Origin: Squalus acanthias | Lineage: Eukaryota | Length of the DNA: 64,000 bases | Direction: 5' to 3' | NCBI GenBank assembly: GCA_030390025.1 | Contig: CM059432.1 | Location: 116,066,001-116,130,000, forward strand | In this document: in pieces, positions 25,930 through 38,243 of the stretch | Layout: the number at the start of each line of letters is the position of its first letter | Position numbering within the stretch: position 1 is the first letter of the stretch | Notes under the pieces: generated by a model | The model's input: the letters and a program-made list of their open reading frames with translations, nothing else | Told to the model about the DNA's origin: nothing | The model's database searches: none | Program-made: the position numbers and the translations under genes

Positions 25930-26945
25930 GATCAGTAGCTGCAGAAATGTCATGGTGAATGGAGGGCCAAAGGCTGGCCAGTTGGGATTTTGAAAGTGAA
26001 GTTGTAAGTGACTTGGGAGAGAGTTTTTTTTCAGGGGCGGATACAGAAGGAAGTAGGTTTGGGAGGGGGATGTGGATGGAGAGCGATACAAGGAAGTGAT
26101 CAGAGATGGCCTTATCTATGATTGACACAATGAGAGTAGCGAGGCCACATGAGATGGCAAGATCAAGGTGGTGGCTGTGAATATGGGTTGGGGAGTTTAC
26201 ATGTAGGGAGAGATTAAGGGAGAATAGGAGGGCAGTGAACTCAGAGGAGAGAGGGCATGATGAATTGAGATGGAGGTTGAAATCAACGAGGATGAGAGGT
26301 CATTCGGTGCAGAGGCTGAGGGAGGAGAACAGTGAAGATATCTCGGTGAGAACATTTTTATGGTACTTGGGTGGGCGGTAGAGAACAAGAACTTTAAATG
26401 AGAGGTGAGACGGGTGGAACAAGGCGAGATGCTCAAAGGAGGAGAAAGTGCTGGAGGAGTAGGGGGACAGATCAAGGTGTGATTTGGTGATGAGAGCCAC
26501 ACCGCCACCACGACGGTCTGGGCAGGGCAAGTGGTGGAAGGTTTAGCCAGGCGGGGAGGCTTCATTTACGGGTAAGGACCCCTCAGCCAGGTTTCCGTCA
26601 GGGCCATGATATCGATGCAATCATCCACAATAAGCTGATGGATGGCAAGGGCCTTGTTCACAAGTGAACGGATATTCTGGAGGGGGATGCGGAGAGGGGC
26701 GGTGATAGCTGATCCTCTGCCAGAGTCCACAGGGTCAGCACTGGAACAGGGAGGAGATTGACAAGATTAGCCCCCAGTGGGCACGCTGGGCATGAAGGAC
26801 GGCGAGAGAGTAGGATGGGGCACTTGGAGCTGCTGCTCGTAAGGAGGGGAGGGGCCTGGTCCAGCGCGTCCTGGCGCCCAGCTGGGCCACCAGGGATCAG
26901 GAGTGCCGGCAAACGAGTCCGGCACTCAAGAGGAGTGCCGGGCTC

Positions 26946-27640
26946 ACGGAGTGCAGCCGGCACTCCGCGGGGGGTGGGGGGGCGGCTTCACGGGGGCCGG
27001 GGACAGCAACGGGGGCAGGTGCTGGCAGGCGGCCAGCAACAAAAATGGTCGCCCGCCACCTCCCCTTTAACTAGCGCCGCCCCAGCCGCAGGTAGGCCCC
27101 CCCTGACCCCGGCGGACATAGCGTCCGGCGGTAGGTTGGGGAGCGCCACCCAATATTACAGCCGGGGCACGAGCAGGGCGCTGCGCACGGCGATGATGTC
27201 ATCGCCGGTGGTGCTATCGGTTAGCCGCGTGGGAGGCGTTAGCAGCGCCCCGCCCAGGCGCTAGTTGATTTGCGCCCCGTTAGCGCCCTCTTCGCTAACA
27301 GGAGGCGCAAATCAACCGAATTTAGCCCCCAAAGCTTTTAAAACGTGACTATTAATGTCCTTGTCCCTAAAAAAAAGGCTTAATTTAAGAGCCTCCTTGA
27401 AGATCCGCAAACGGCCGCAATTACCGGTAATTCGATCTGGGGGGGGTGTGGCCAGTTTTGTGGGCGGAACCAGCTTCAAGCGTGACTTTTTTTAAGCTAG
27501 CGCAAAAGATCGCAGAAACTCGATTTGCGCTGGACGTAATTTGCGCTTAAAATTCCACGATATTTTGCGGCGGTTACGCCAGCCTTGGGCGAATTGCGCC
27601 GAAAAAAACCCAGCGCCACTGAGCAGAAACTCCAGGCCAT
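26946..27640. mobile_element. GC/CpG-rich MITE-like elements
   Basis: Ends AATTTAGCCCCC (27330) and AAACTCCAGGCC (27638) resemble the termini of other MITEs here; no coding signal. Confidence 0.4.
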
Positions 27641-28359
27641 GTTGTCTACGCACCATCGTCTGCAACAGGAATAATGTGAAAGTGTCATCACAGCTCTTTT
27701 TTGTGGGTCTTATGAACTGCCACAGGATTCAACAGCTCAGATTCTGCCCAGCATTTGATGGTGAACTGTACCAGCTGGAAATGTAAATGGGGAGAGTGGG
27801 GCCGAGTGCTGTATAGCACCACTAACGGATGAACATTGATGGGAAAGCTGCCCACTTATAAACAGCTCAACCCTTAAAACAGATTAAAGTACACCTTAAG
27901 GAAGTCAGTCAGCGTATGACCAAATACATGATTCTACACAAAGGTGCAATTTTTTTCTCCCAAAAGCATCGACCTACATCATTTATACCACAGCTGTTAA
28001 AAGTTTAGGCCAAAAATACAACAAATTACTTCACCCACATTTATTACTAGGTTGCAAGATCCTGTTGTTCTTATCTTCACTATTTTACAATTGAACAGAG
28101 ACGTCTGGGACGGATTGTTGCTGCGCTGGTAACAGATTATTTTAGATAAAATGGAATTGTAATAGAGAGCAAGTGAGATAAGATTGTGGAAAAATGTTAC
28201 ACGCAGAAAATAAGCTTACAGTCTGCAAGATTCAAAGTGAACTTTATTCCTTTGAACAATGGCTAAAGAGCACTGAAATTTTAAACTTCAAACAATGTCA
28301 ATTAAAGCTCAATTATGCAGCATTTAGGTACATATCCTAACTCTAATCCGCCAATTTAC

Positions 28360-29110
28360 AGTATTGCTTTTTAAAATTTTCTGCGCCATTATACTATTAG
28401 CGTTCGCCGTCACTGCTCTGTGAAACTGACAGCAACTTCTGCGCAGTAAACGCAGAAATCCAGAAGTTGCTGTCAGTTATACCCTGCTCCTCCACAGGGT
28501 GCGCTGTTGCAGTCTTCGCAGATGCAATCAACACAGAAACAGTGATTCAACATTTTACGTACTAACATCACTGTAAAAACCACCGAAAAAGTTAAGCCTT
28601 GTTGAATGAGGTGTAACTGAGTTTTTAAACGGTGTACTAAGTCATAATTACTGCCGAACAACCTATCTGGCCCTGAAAAACGAATTTTAGAAGTGTGGAG
28701 TATCATTCCCTCCATTCCATGATAGAGATTCCATAGATTTTTACAATAATAAAAAAAAAATTAAAATTAATTTTAAGTTTGTTTACGATATTTTAGCATC
28801 TACCTTAATCCCATATGTATGTCCCAATTTATTTCACTCTCTGTAAGATGATTAAAAGGTAAATGATAATCAGTGCTTTTTACTTCCTAGTTTGTTGTCT
28901 GAGAGTTCTTCAATCTGATTGGCTGCTCAGCCTGCTTGATGAGTTCACTGTTCCTGGATGCCACAGATCCCCTAGAGACGGCGTCAGAATGAAATTGATG
29001 CCGTTATAGGGGAAATCAACGCCACAGAGCCTGCTAAATCTTTGTGGGCAGCTTTCTTCGAGGTCAGCGGCAAGCGCCTCTCCTTCGCCGCTGACCGCAA
29101 ATACCGGGCC
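28360..29110. mobile_element. MITE family A copy
   Basis: Shares blocks with 5030-5728 (TTCTTCAATCTGATTGG; CGCTGACCGCAAATACCGGGCC). Confidence 0.55.
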
Positions 29111-30844
29111 ATTGATTGCAGTTACTAGTTAAGGCAGTTTAGTGGCAGTATTGAGTGGACACTAATACTGACTAACAAACTTCTCTCAAAGTTGACATCA
29201 GATACCAAACAATGCACTCTTGTAAAGATCAAGTGCCACATCATCCCCAAACACAAGCTAGCATCCCGTGGCCTCTGGTGATCACTGTCACTTTAGACAT
29301 GTCAGAGTCATCTCTGTGACGACTTCAAGATGCTAACCATAGGAACCAGTTATTAACTCCAGTGTTTTTCTGTAGTAAGAGCATGAAGGGGTTCCTCGGC
29401 AGCAGGCTGTCATCAAATGCCAGAAACGTGTCACAGTGTTTGAAAGAGCTTCGGGCACACACACAACCAGCCTTGACAGCATTAGATGTGAAGGAAAGAA
29501 ACAGAAAATTATTTAACTTGTGCTCTCTGGAGCCCAGGGTAGGATGGCAAGGCGAGTTGCAAGGCCACCCCAAGGTTAGAAGAGGGGCTAGAACGGCCTC
29601 TTAGCCATCCAATCTAAATAAAACTATCTAATAATCCACGGAAGGCAGGCTTTGGGAATGGCAGCTTCAATGAGCTTTGCCTGTAATACTGGAGAAGACA
29701 TTCCAGATGGAGGAGTGGGGGGGAGTTACATAAGGATGAACAACATTGGGCGAAGCTGGACTGGCGCTTTGAGTTGAAAAGTTCAACCATTGGAGCAGAC
29801 AGGGACAATCTTCTTTCTTCCTAGTAATTTGTAAATCTATTTCGTAAAATAGTAGAGTAGGGCCACAGCTGAATGAACAGAGGAACTGAAAGGCAGTGTA
29901 TCAGCTGAAAATACAATGGGTGTACTGCAAAACACCAAATACTTGCATTTACACAACACTGCCTCATCACAATGAAACATCTATAACTCTTCACAGAATA
30001 AATTAATGTTAAAAGTACAGCGACCATTATGTAGGTAGTAAATGTAGCAGCCATTCTGCACTAAACATCCCATGAACAGCATTGAGATGAATGACCAGTT
30101 TTAAACGGTTTATTTTTCTGGCATTGCTTCAGGGAGAACTCCCTGTTCTGCCAAACAGTCTCATGGGATCTTTAACGGCCATCTGAATATGCAGACGGGA
30201 CTTTGGTTTAAACAACTCATCCAAAGCATGGCACTTTTGGCAATTCAGCTTTTAGTCCTGCACTGGAATGAATCTAATTATTGGCTCAAGCCACACAGGT
30301 GGATTAGCCACCCACGAGACTCTTCAGTTTTAAGGCTTGTAAAAATTGATAAAAGCCTGCAGGTAACAAGGTATGCAGCAGTCACAGAACTCATGCATCA
30401 ACAGACTGGCCAGTTACAAAGATGCTGTAAAAAGCATTAAACCACTCCTCTTACATAAAACAAACAGGAAGGCTAGTTATAGAAGTTAATAACCTCTGAT
30501 AAAAAGTGTAAAATTGGAGGCTACTTCAACCAATTGTAGCCTTGCACAGTAAGTTAATGCCTTTATCTGTGTGTGTGTTCTATTTTTACTTTAATCATTT
30601 TATAGCTAAATGGCACCCTCTAAAACAAGGATGTCCAAACCACAAAGCCCATGGAGTCTGGGGGGCGGGGGGTGCATATAAAGTTTAAATTCTTGTCTTC
30701 ATCACTTTGCTTGCATCTCAAGTTGCTATTACTCACAGATCTAAGTGCTCTGATTTATGATGTATCTACCAAATCCCATTGGGCCCTGGTGCTTTGTCAT
30801 CCTTTAGCCTAAAACTTTTCTTTTATCAGTCATAATAAAAATCC

Positions 30845-31632
30845 AGAGAAGTGTGAGATAATGCATTTGGGAGGGCTAACAAGGCAAGGGAATATGCAAT
30901 AAATGGTAGGATACTGAGAAGTGTAGAGGATCAGAGGGACCTTGGAGTGCATGTCCACAGATCCCTGAAGGTAGCAGGACAGGTAGATAAGGTGGTTAAG
31001 AAGGCATACGGGATACTTGCCTTTACTAACTGAGGCATAGAATATAAGAGCAGGGAGATTATGCTTGAACTGTGTAAAACACTAGTTAGGCCGCAGCTAG
31101 AATACTGCGTGCAGTTCTGGTCACCACATTACAGGAAGGATGTGATTGCATTAGAGAGGGTGCAGAGGAGACTTACGAGGATGTTGCCTGAGCTGGGGAA
31201 TTTTAGCTATGAGGAAAGATTGGATAGGCTGGGTTGTTTTCTTTGGAACGGAGGAGGTTGAGGGGAGACCTAATTGAGGTGCATAAAATTATGAGGGGCC
31301 TAGATAGAGTGGATAGGAAGGACCTATTTCCCTTAGCAGAAGGGTCGATAACCAGGGGGCATAGATTTAAAGTAATTGGTAGGAGGTTTAGAGGGGATTT
31401 GAGGAGAATTTTTTTCACACAGAGGGTTGTGGGGGTCTGGAACTCTCTGCCTGAAAGGCAGAAACCCTCATCACATTTAAAAAGTACTTGGATATGCACT
31501 TGAAGTGCTGTAACCTACAAGGCTATGGACCAAGTGGTGGAAAATGGGATTAGGCTGGATAGCTCTTTGTCAGCTAGCACAGACAAGATGGGCCAAATGG
31601 CCTCCTTCTGTGCTGTAAATTTCTATGATTCT
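30845..31632 (+). mobile_element. CR1 LINE 3' part
   Basis: LVRPQLEYCVQFWSPHYRKD...; TTCTATGATTCT tail. Confidence 0.9.
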
Positions 31633-31639
31633 AATATCA

Positions 31640-32100
31640 GGTGTCAGCCTTGGCTCAATGGTAGCACTCTCGCCTCTGAGTCTGTAGGTTGTGGATTCAA
31701 GTCCCACTCCAGAAACTTGAACACATAACCTCAGTGCAGTGCTGAGGGAGTGCTGCACTGTCAAAGGTGCCGTCTTTTGGATGAGTCATTAAACCGAGGT
31801 CCCGTCTGCCTTCTCAGGTGGATGTAAAAGATCGCATGGCACTATTCAAAGAAGAACATGGGAGTTCGCCCCGGTGTCCTGGCCAATATTTATCTCTCAA
31901 CCAACATCATTAAACAGATTATCTGCTCATTATATCATTGTGATTTGCAAGACTTTGCTATGCAGAAATTGGCTGCTGCGTTTCCCAAGATTACAACAGT
32001 GACTACATTTCAAAAGTACTTCATTGACTGTAAAGCGTTTTAGGATGTCCTGAGGGCATGAAAGACACTTATGTAAATGCAAATTCTTTCTTTCTTTCTA
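31640..32100 (+). mobile_element. Full-length Deu-domain SINE (tRNA head, Deu core, L2-like tail)
   Basis: A box TGGCTCAATGG, B box GATTCAAGTCCC; core GGTGCCGTCTTTTGGATGAG...CCCCGGTGTCCTGGCCAA resembles the DeuSINE/AmnSINE core (from recall). Confidence 0.8.
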
Positions 32101-33568
32101 ATATCGCTCCTCTCGCTCTCAGCCACTTCAGGATTCACCTCCGCTCCAATATCCTTTCCTTTAGTAAAGAATGATGCCAAGCACTTAAATACCTCTGCCA
32201 TTTTTTGATCATTACCTACAAATTAAAAATCCTCTCCTCTCAGGATCCAACCTTGCTTTTCACAATTATATTTTTACTGATATACTTGTGAAATATTTTA
32301 CTGTTCCTTTTGATGTTTTTTAATTTTTTTCCTCATACTCTCTTAGCTTTCCTTAACCGCTTTTCTTATTTTCACATGTTCTCCTTTAGTTTTTTGATTA
32401 TTAAGTTCCTTACCGGTCCTCTTTATTCTTAATTGGCTTCTAACCTTTATTTATCCACGGCATTCTTTCCTTCATTTTTAATGCAATGAACTTACTCTCG
32501 ACCTTTACAATCTTTTTGAGATCTCATTATTGCTCTACAGTCCTGTGTGCTAATTTCTCCTTCCATCTCACCTCAGCTAGCTCACTCCTGATCTTTCTTA
32601 AGATCAGCCACTAATCCAATCTGGTATTCTAGTTTTGGTATTGACTTCAAGTTACAATATAACAGTCTCAGACACACAGGTGAGTCATTCAGCAAATTCT
32701 TGTCTACTGTGTACTGGGTAGGAATAATTTAAAATGCAAATTTTATTGCATTATAAGCTTGGCCCATCAGAACCATGGATTTATTCCCTTAACTACGTAC
32801 CGACAGACTTTACTGTAAAATGGAAAAAAGTAACAATAAATTTGCACAAAACAATGGTCCAGCCACAGTTAAGAGGACTATGCACCAACTTGGGAGCCCT
32901 ACTATAGAAAGAACAGTAAAACCACAGAGAACATTCAAAGCAGATTCATCAGGATGAGGCTACGAACAGGAAACTATGGTCCAGAATTTGCTACCAGAGT
33001 AACGGTGAGTTTAATGCGCGCATCGTTAGAAAGGTGAACCGTCCAGCAACTTGTGGTGAGGAAGAGATACCCGGGAATTGCGAATCGCCACAAATTGCTG
33101 GGCGATTTGCGTCATTCTGCTGCCAGCCTCTTAAAAATGGCAGCTTGCCTTTAACCGCCCCGTGAATGTCATGAAGTTGCTGCATTTGCACTTTAATTGA
33201 CCTTTAAACTCGCCACAGAAAGTTAAGGCTGGTAACTAATAGCACAAGTACCTTTTTAATGACGTGATAATTGTGAATGACTGCCAAACAACCTCTCTGG
33301 CCAGAAAGTGAACAATTTAAACTGTGGAGTCTCAGTCCTTCAAGTAATGAATTGTTGTTGGAGATACTGAAAATGTCAAATTTTCAATGTTTTAATTTTT
33401 CTTACTTTTCCTTTCTATCTTTTTTTCTCTCTCTTAATCTAATCTTTCTTTTCTTCTCTTTCTGTAACTGATTTGACACTGAATTCACCCACTCTAATTC
33501 ACCCTGCTTTTCAGTCCTTCCTCTGTTTATTTCTCAATCCTTAAATCTAATTGGTTCAGGAGATACCC

Positions 33569-34655
33569 TTTTTCCTCAACCGAGGATTCCCCTCTACTGT
33601 GGTTGACACGGCCCTTGACCATGTCCGTTCTATTTCCCGCAGTTCTGCTCTAACCCCTACCCCTCCCTCCCGGAACCACGATAGGGTTCCCCTTGTCCTC
33701 ACCTTTCACCCCACCAGTCTCCACATTCAACGGATCATCCTCCGCCATTTCCGCCACCTCCAGCGTGATCCCACGACCAAACACATCCTCCCCTCACCTC
33801 CCCTTTCAGCATTCCGAAGGGACCGCTCCCTCCGTGACACCCTGGTCCACTCCTCTATCACCCCCAACACCCCTTCCCCTTCGCCCGTCACCTTTCCGTG
33901 CAAGCACAGGAGATGCAACACATGCCCTTTTACCTCCTCCCTTCCCACTGTCCAGGGCCCCAAACACTCCTTCCAGGTGAAACAGCGATTTACTTGTACT
34001 TCTTGCAATTTAGTATACTGTATTCACTGCTCACGATGCGGTCTCCTCTACATTGGGGAGACCAAACGCAGATTGGATGACCGCTTTGTGAAACACCTCC
34101 GTTCAGTCCGTAAGGGTGACCCCGAGCTTCTGGTCGCCTGTCACTTTAATTCTCCGCTCCACTCCCACTCTGACCTCACCATCCTCGGCCTCTTACACTG
34201 TTCCAATGAAGCTCAACGTAAGCTCAAGGAACAGCACCTCATCTTTCGATTAGGCACTTTACAGCCTTCTGGACTTAACATCGAGTTCAACAATTTCAGA
34301 CCATAACCTCTGCCCCTATCTTTTTTTCTCTCTCTCACATGGCAGCTGTCTTTCATTCTGCCAGTGCCATTTACACTTCATCTAGAGCCATCTTTTGTTT
34401 CTTAACTTGTCCCATTACCATCTCCTTTTGCCTTGCACCGTCATCCCTTTTGTCTCTTAATCTCTCCTGCCTTCCAGCCTATCTTTCCTCGCCTCCCCCC
34501 TTTCCCTGCCCCTGCACTTGCTTAAAAACCTGTTCCATCTCCAGCTTTTTCCAGTTCTGACGAAGGGTCATCGACCTGAAACGTTAACTCTGTTTCTCTC
34601 TCCACAGATGCTGCCTGACTTGCTGAGTATTTCCAGCATTTTCTGTTTTTATTTA
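33569..34655 (+). mobile_element. 5'-truncated Penelope-like element: GIY-YIG endonuclease ORF (stop at 34306) plus 3' pLTR
   Basis: CKHRRCNTC linker, VYCIHCSRCGLLYIGETKRRLDDRF, ACHFN..H, EQHLIFRLGTLQPSGLN; 11-bp TSD-like AGGAGATACCC/AGGATATACCC at 33558-33568 and 34656-34666. Confidence 0.92.
34553..34589 (+). ncRNA. Minimal type I hammerhead ribozyme motif in the Penelope pLTR
   Basis: AGTT-CTGACGA-A-GGGTC atc GACCT-GAAA-CGT-T-AACT: stem I AGTT/AACT, stem II, palindromic AACGTT in place of stem III. Confidence 0.7.
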
Positions 34656-34692
34656 AGGATATACCCTGTTGGCCTCTGTAAACGTGAGGTCT

Positions 34693-35622
34693 AAAACTCG
34701 CTGCCCATGTCCTAACTTGCACCAGGTCCTGTTCATCCATCATCCCTGTGCTCGCTGACCTACATTGGCTCCCAGTTAACATAGAAACATAGAAACTAGG
34801 AGCAGGAGTAGGCCATTCGGCCCATCTCCACCATTCAATACGATCATGGCTGATCATCCAAATCCAGTACCCTGTCCCTGCTTTCTCACACAGAATCCCC
34901 ATCAAACCTGCACCGACACATATCCCACCCTATCCCCATAACCCCACGTATTTAATTCCCCCTAACATATCCCATCCTATCCTATCCCTGTAACCCCACA
35001 TATTTAATCCCCCCCTAACACTAAGGGTCAATTTATCATAGCCAAATCAACCTAACCCGCACATTTTTGGACTGTGGGAGGAAACCGGAGCACCCGGAGG
35101 AAACCCACGCAGACACGGGGAGAATGTGCAAACTCCACACAGTCACCCGAGGCCAGATTCAAACCCGGGTCTCTGACGCTGTGAGGCACCAGTGCTAACC
35201 ACTATGCCACCGTGTTAAGCAACATCTCGATTTTAAAACTCTCATCCTTGTTTTCAAATCCCTCCATGGCCTCGGCCCTCCTTATCTCTGTAACCTCCTT
35301 CAGCCCTACAACCCTCCGAGATATCTGTGCTCCTCCAATTCTGGCCTCTTGAGCATCCCCGATTTTAATCGCTCCACCATTGGCAGCCGTGCTTCCGTTG
35401 CCAAGACCCTAAGCTCTGGAATTCCCTCCTTAAACCTCTTCGCCACTCTATCCTCCTTTAAGTCGCTCCTTAAAACTTACCTCGTTGACCAAGCTTTTGG
35501 TCATCTGCCCGAAAATCTCCTTATGTGGCTCGGTGTCAAATTTTGTTTGATAACGCTCCTGTGAAGCGCCTTGGGATGTTTTACTACGTTAAAGGCGCTA
35601 TATAAATGCAAGTTGCTGTTGT
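34693..35622 (+). mobile_element. L2 3' fragment with a nested HE1-type SINE
   Basis: L2 3' end ...AAAGGCGCTATATAAATGCAAGTTGCTGTTGTT. Confidence 0.85.
34780..35214 (-). mobile_element. HE1-type V-SINE
   Basis: Very similar to 23206-23637; GTTAA duplicated at the junctions. Confidence 0.88.
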
Positions 35623-36898
35623 TCACTAAGGTCCCAGATGTCCTGTTGCCCTCGCCACGCCGTTATCAGTTCGCTCTTCCAACAACTTACAGGGTAAAAC
35701 AATTTTGAGCAAAAGGGTGCAGGAAAAAGTCTAACTAACTGGGCACGCCACGAGATGCCCCGCTCGAGAAAATTCTGGCCCATTGGTTATGAGAAGAGAC
35801 AGAAACTGGGACACCCTCTGCTGGAGCAGAGAAGGCCAAGGTGAGTTTTATTAAAGGGTTTTAAAATTATGAAGGATTTTAATAAAATGAACAGAAAAAG
35901 ACCAATTCCTCGAATGACAGGTGGTCATCAATTTAAAATTGTCATGAAAAGAGTGAGGAGATGGGCTGGGAGAAATTCCTTTATGCAGTGGGCTCTTGGA
36001 GCATGGAATACTTTGTCCCAGGGAACAGTTGAGGCAGAGAGCAGTGAATCTTTTAAGGGAAAAACTGGATAAATATTTGAAACAGAGGAAGATACAGGGC
36101 TATAGGGAGAGAGAAGGGCACTGCCATGAGTTCTGGATTGTCCAACAAAGAGCCAGCACAGAGATAATGGGCCAAATGGCCTCCTCCTGTGCTGTATGAT
36201 TCTTTGGAAACCAACATATTCATCAGAACCCAGCTTCTGCAACAAAGAACCTCTGCCAGCACACAACTGCAGCAGATAAAACTGGTGAGAAATACTAATT
36301 ATCAGCTTGGTAGAAATGTCAAACTTGAGCATGCAATTGGATAAACAAAACAAAGTCCATTGTAATAAAAAATATCTTTTTTAAAACAGTGGGAAATTAC
36401 ATCAGTCAGAGTCAACACGAGGACACAAAATGCACTATCCAAGGTGCTCTCATAGCCTACATTAGTAAGGGCAGGATTGAGTGCAGCTATGATGCTTTCT
36501 GTGGTCGTAAAGACTGCGGACACCACCATCTATGCTCACACATGAAAAAGAGAAAAGGGAAGAAAGCTGGAGGGAAAATGGGGAGATTAAAAAAAATTAT
36601 GGAAGTACATATTTTGTCTAAAATGCTCAAGGCACCTCTCTTCATCCAACAGCACAGCACAGTTAAATGTGTCATCTGATAACCTGCAGGAAATGACCCA
36701 CTTCCCACAAATCCAGGTTCATATTTGGTCACCTGGTACACAGTGCAATCAAACTGGAGCACCTGCTGCTGGGTCTGCTCCTGGGTGATCCTGACAGAAT
36801 CCACGATGTACAAGATAACTGGGGAGGGCGTCTCCAAATGTCTGATCAGGTTTCGATCTCTGATACACACCCAGGTGACCAAAGAGTATAAACACATT

Positions 36899-37651
36899 GG
36901 CCCAGAAATTAAACAGTGAGGGTTCCCGCGGGGGTAAGGATTCCCCGCGATATCGCACTCCGCGCCTACCTTTTTGCTCCGGGCCCACACGAACTTTAGT
37001 TTGAATGGCTCTGTCTCTTGGAACCGTGCAGTGCTTGCGTGACCCAGAGACGCAATTAGTTCATGCGAGCTCTGGGATCACGTGATTCAGTTAGAGCCAA
37101 TGGCAGCACACCATCTTTCATTCATAGTTTTGACAGGAAGACCTGTCAAAGCTATGAATACTACACACCCCCAAAAGAACAGCTAAACCTCAATTAAATT
37201 TAAAAAAAAGCCATCACATTAATAAAATAAGTATAGTTAAATAAATTAACCACTTTAAACAAAAAATTAAATTTTTGAAAAAATGTAAAACCTTTTTAAA
37301 AGTTATAAAAATAAACTTACCTTTCTTTAAAGTCTCTAAAAAAGATAAACCTGTTGAAAAAAATTTAAAATAACACTTAATTAACTACTTACCTTGTTAA
37401 AAGGGTGTCATACGCCTGCTTTTTTTATGTGTAAAATCTTCACCACTTACCTGCGCGTTCAAAGCTGAAAAAATAACTAAGTGCACAGCCTGTAGCGCGC
37501 ACGCGGTTCACTTAGGAACCGCCCACTTTTGAATTCACGAAGTGCCGGTTTCCCGCGCATGCGCAGTGCATGCAGGAAACCGGCAATTGGAGACCTAATA
37601 CGCGAGAGTACACAGTGCGTACTCTCGCGTATTAGGTCTAATTTTCGGCCC
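36899..37651. mobile_element. MITE with ATT target duplication and several internal hairpins
   Basis: Imperfect TIRs GGCCCAGAAATT / AATTTTCGGCCC with ATT on both flanks; hairpins at 37120-37159, 37543-37585 and 37591-37639. Confidence 0.65.
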
Positions 37652-37654
37652 ATT

Positions 37655-38243
37655 GGCCCAGAATTTGCTAGAGCGGGTAATCTCGCGGCGTGCCCCGTTT
37701 GTTAGATTTTTTTCCTCACCCTTCAGCGTAAAAACGTTTTGCGCCGTAAATTGCTGGAAGTGCGTTTGTGACCTTGGTGAACAACAGGACCAACAGTCTA
37801 TCTCCTTAACCAGTGAGACTTAAGGATATGAAAGAAACAGAGGAACGACGGAGAAGGAAATAGGGTGAATCCGAGTCAAATTAGATACAGAAAGAGAAAG
37901 AATGAGGGAAAGAAAGATTGGATTGAGAGAGAGAAATAAAAGAGACAGAAAGAAAAAGCAAGAAAAAAAATGTTTTAAATTTTAAAAACCTCCAACAACA
38001 AATGACTAGCTGCAGGACTAGGACTCCACAGTTTGAATTATACCCTTTCTGGGCCGACAAAGTTGACGGCGAGCTCCCGTCTTTGCAAGGCTAATGGCCG
38101 AGCCGTGCAAATCGTCCAACAATTTGTGGCGATTTGCAACTCGCCGTGTATCTCTTCCTCGCCACAAACTGCTGGGTTATTTACACACTAACAATGGCAC
38201 GCGCATCAAACTCGCTGTTATTTTCCCCAGCAAATTATGGGCT
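37655..38243. mobile_element. MITE family A copy (inverted relative to 32978)
   Basis: TIRs GGCCCAGAATTTGCT / AGCAAATTATGGGCT. Confidence 0.65.

Larger units (their letters stand above)
22900..26945 (-). mobile_element. Near-complete L2 ORF2 (APE endonuclease + RT), frameshifted, with nested SINE and CR1
   Basis: APE motifs (LQNIRSL, ALTETWL, RRGGGVALI, YRPPK, ISDHFLV) and RT motifs (QSGFRP, LSAAFD, YADDTQLY); (TTG)n tail at ~22900. Confidence 0.92.
32978..35781. mobile_element. MITE family A copy split by Penelope and L2 insertions, itself inside an old CR1 (~32850-36200)
   Basis: Termini GGTCCAGAATTTG and AAATTCTGGCCC; the rejoined junction matches the reverse complement of 37770-37830. 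Confidence 0.65.

Noticed and set aside
26758..27640. GC-rich 168-aa ORF or CpG-island promoter
   Set aside because: It overlaps the L2 5' region and MITE-like termini; the low-complexity Gly/Arg/Ala translation is typical of GC-rich non-coding DNA.
29150..29830. Unique segment with short ORFs on both strands
   Set aside because: No recognisable protein similarity or consistent splice-site pair.
33551..34306. Host GIY-YIG nuclease gene
   Set aside because: No true ATG (the frame starts in the flanking MITE); it is bounded by a TSD and followed by a Penelope terminus, so it is a truncated retroelement.
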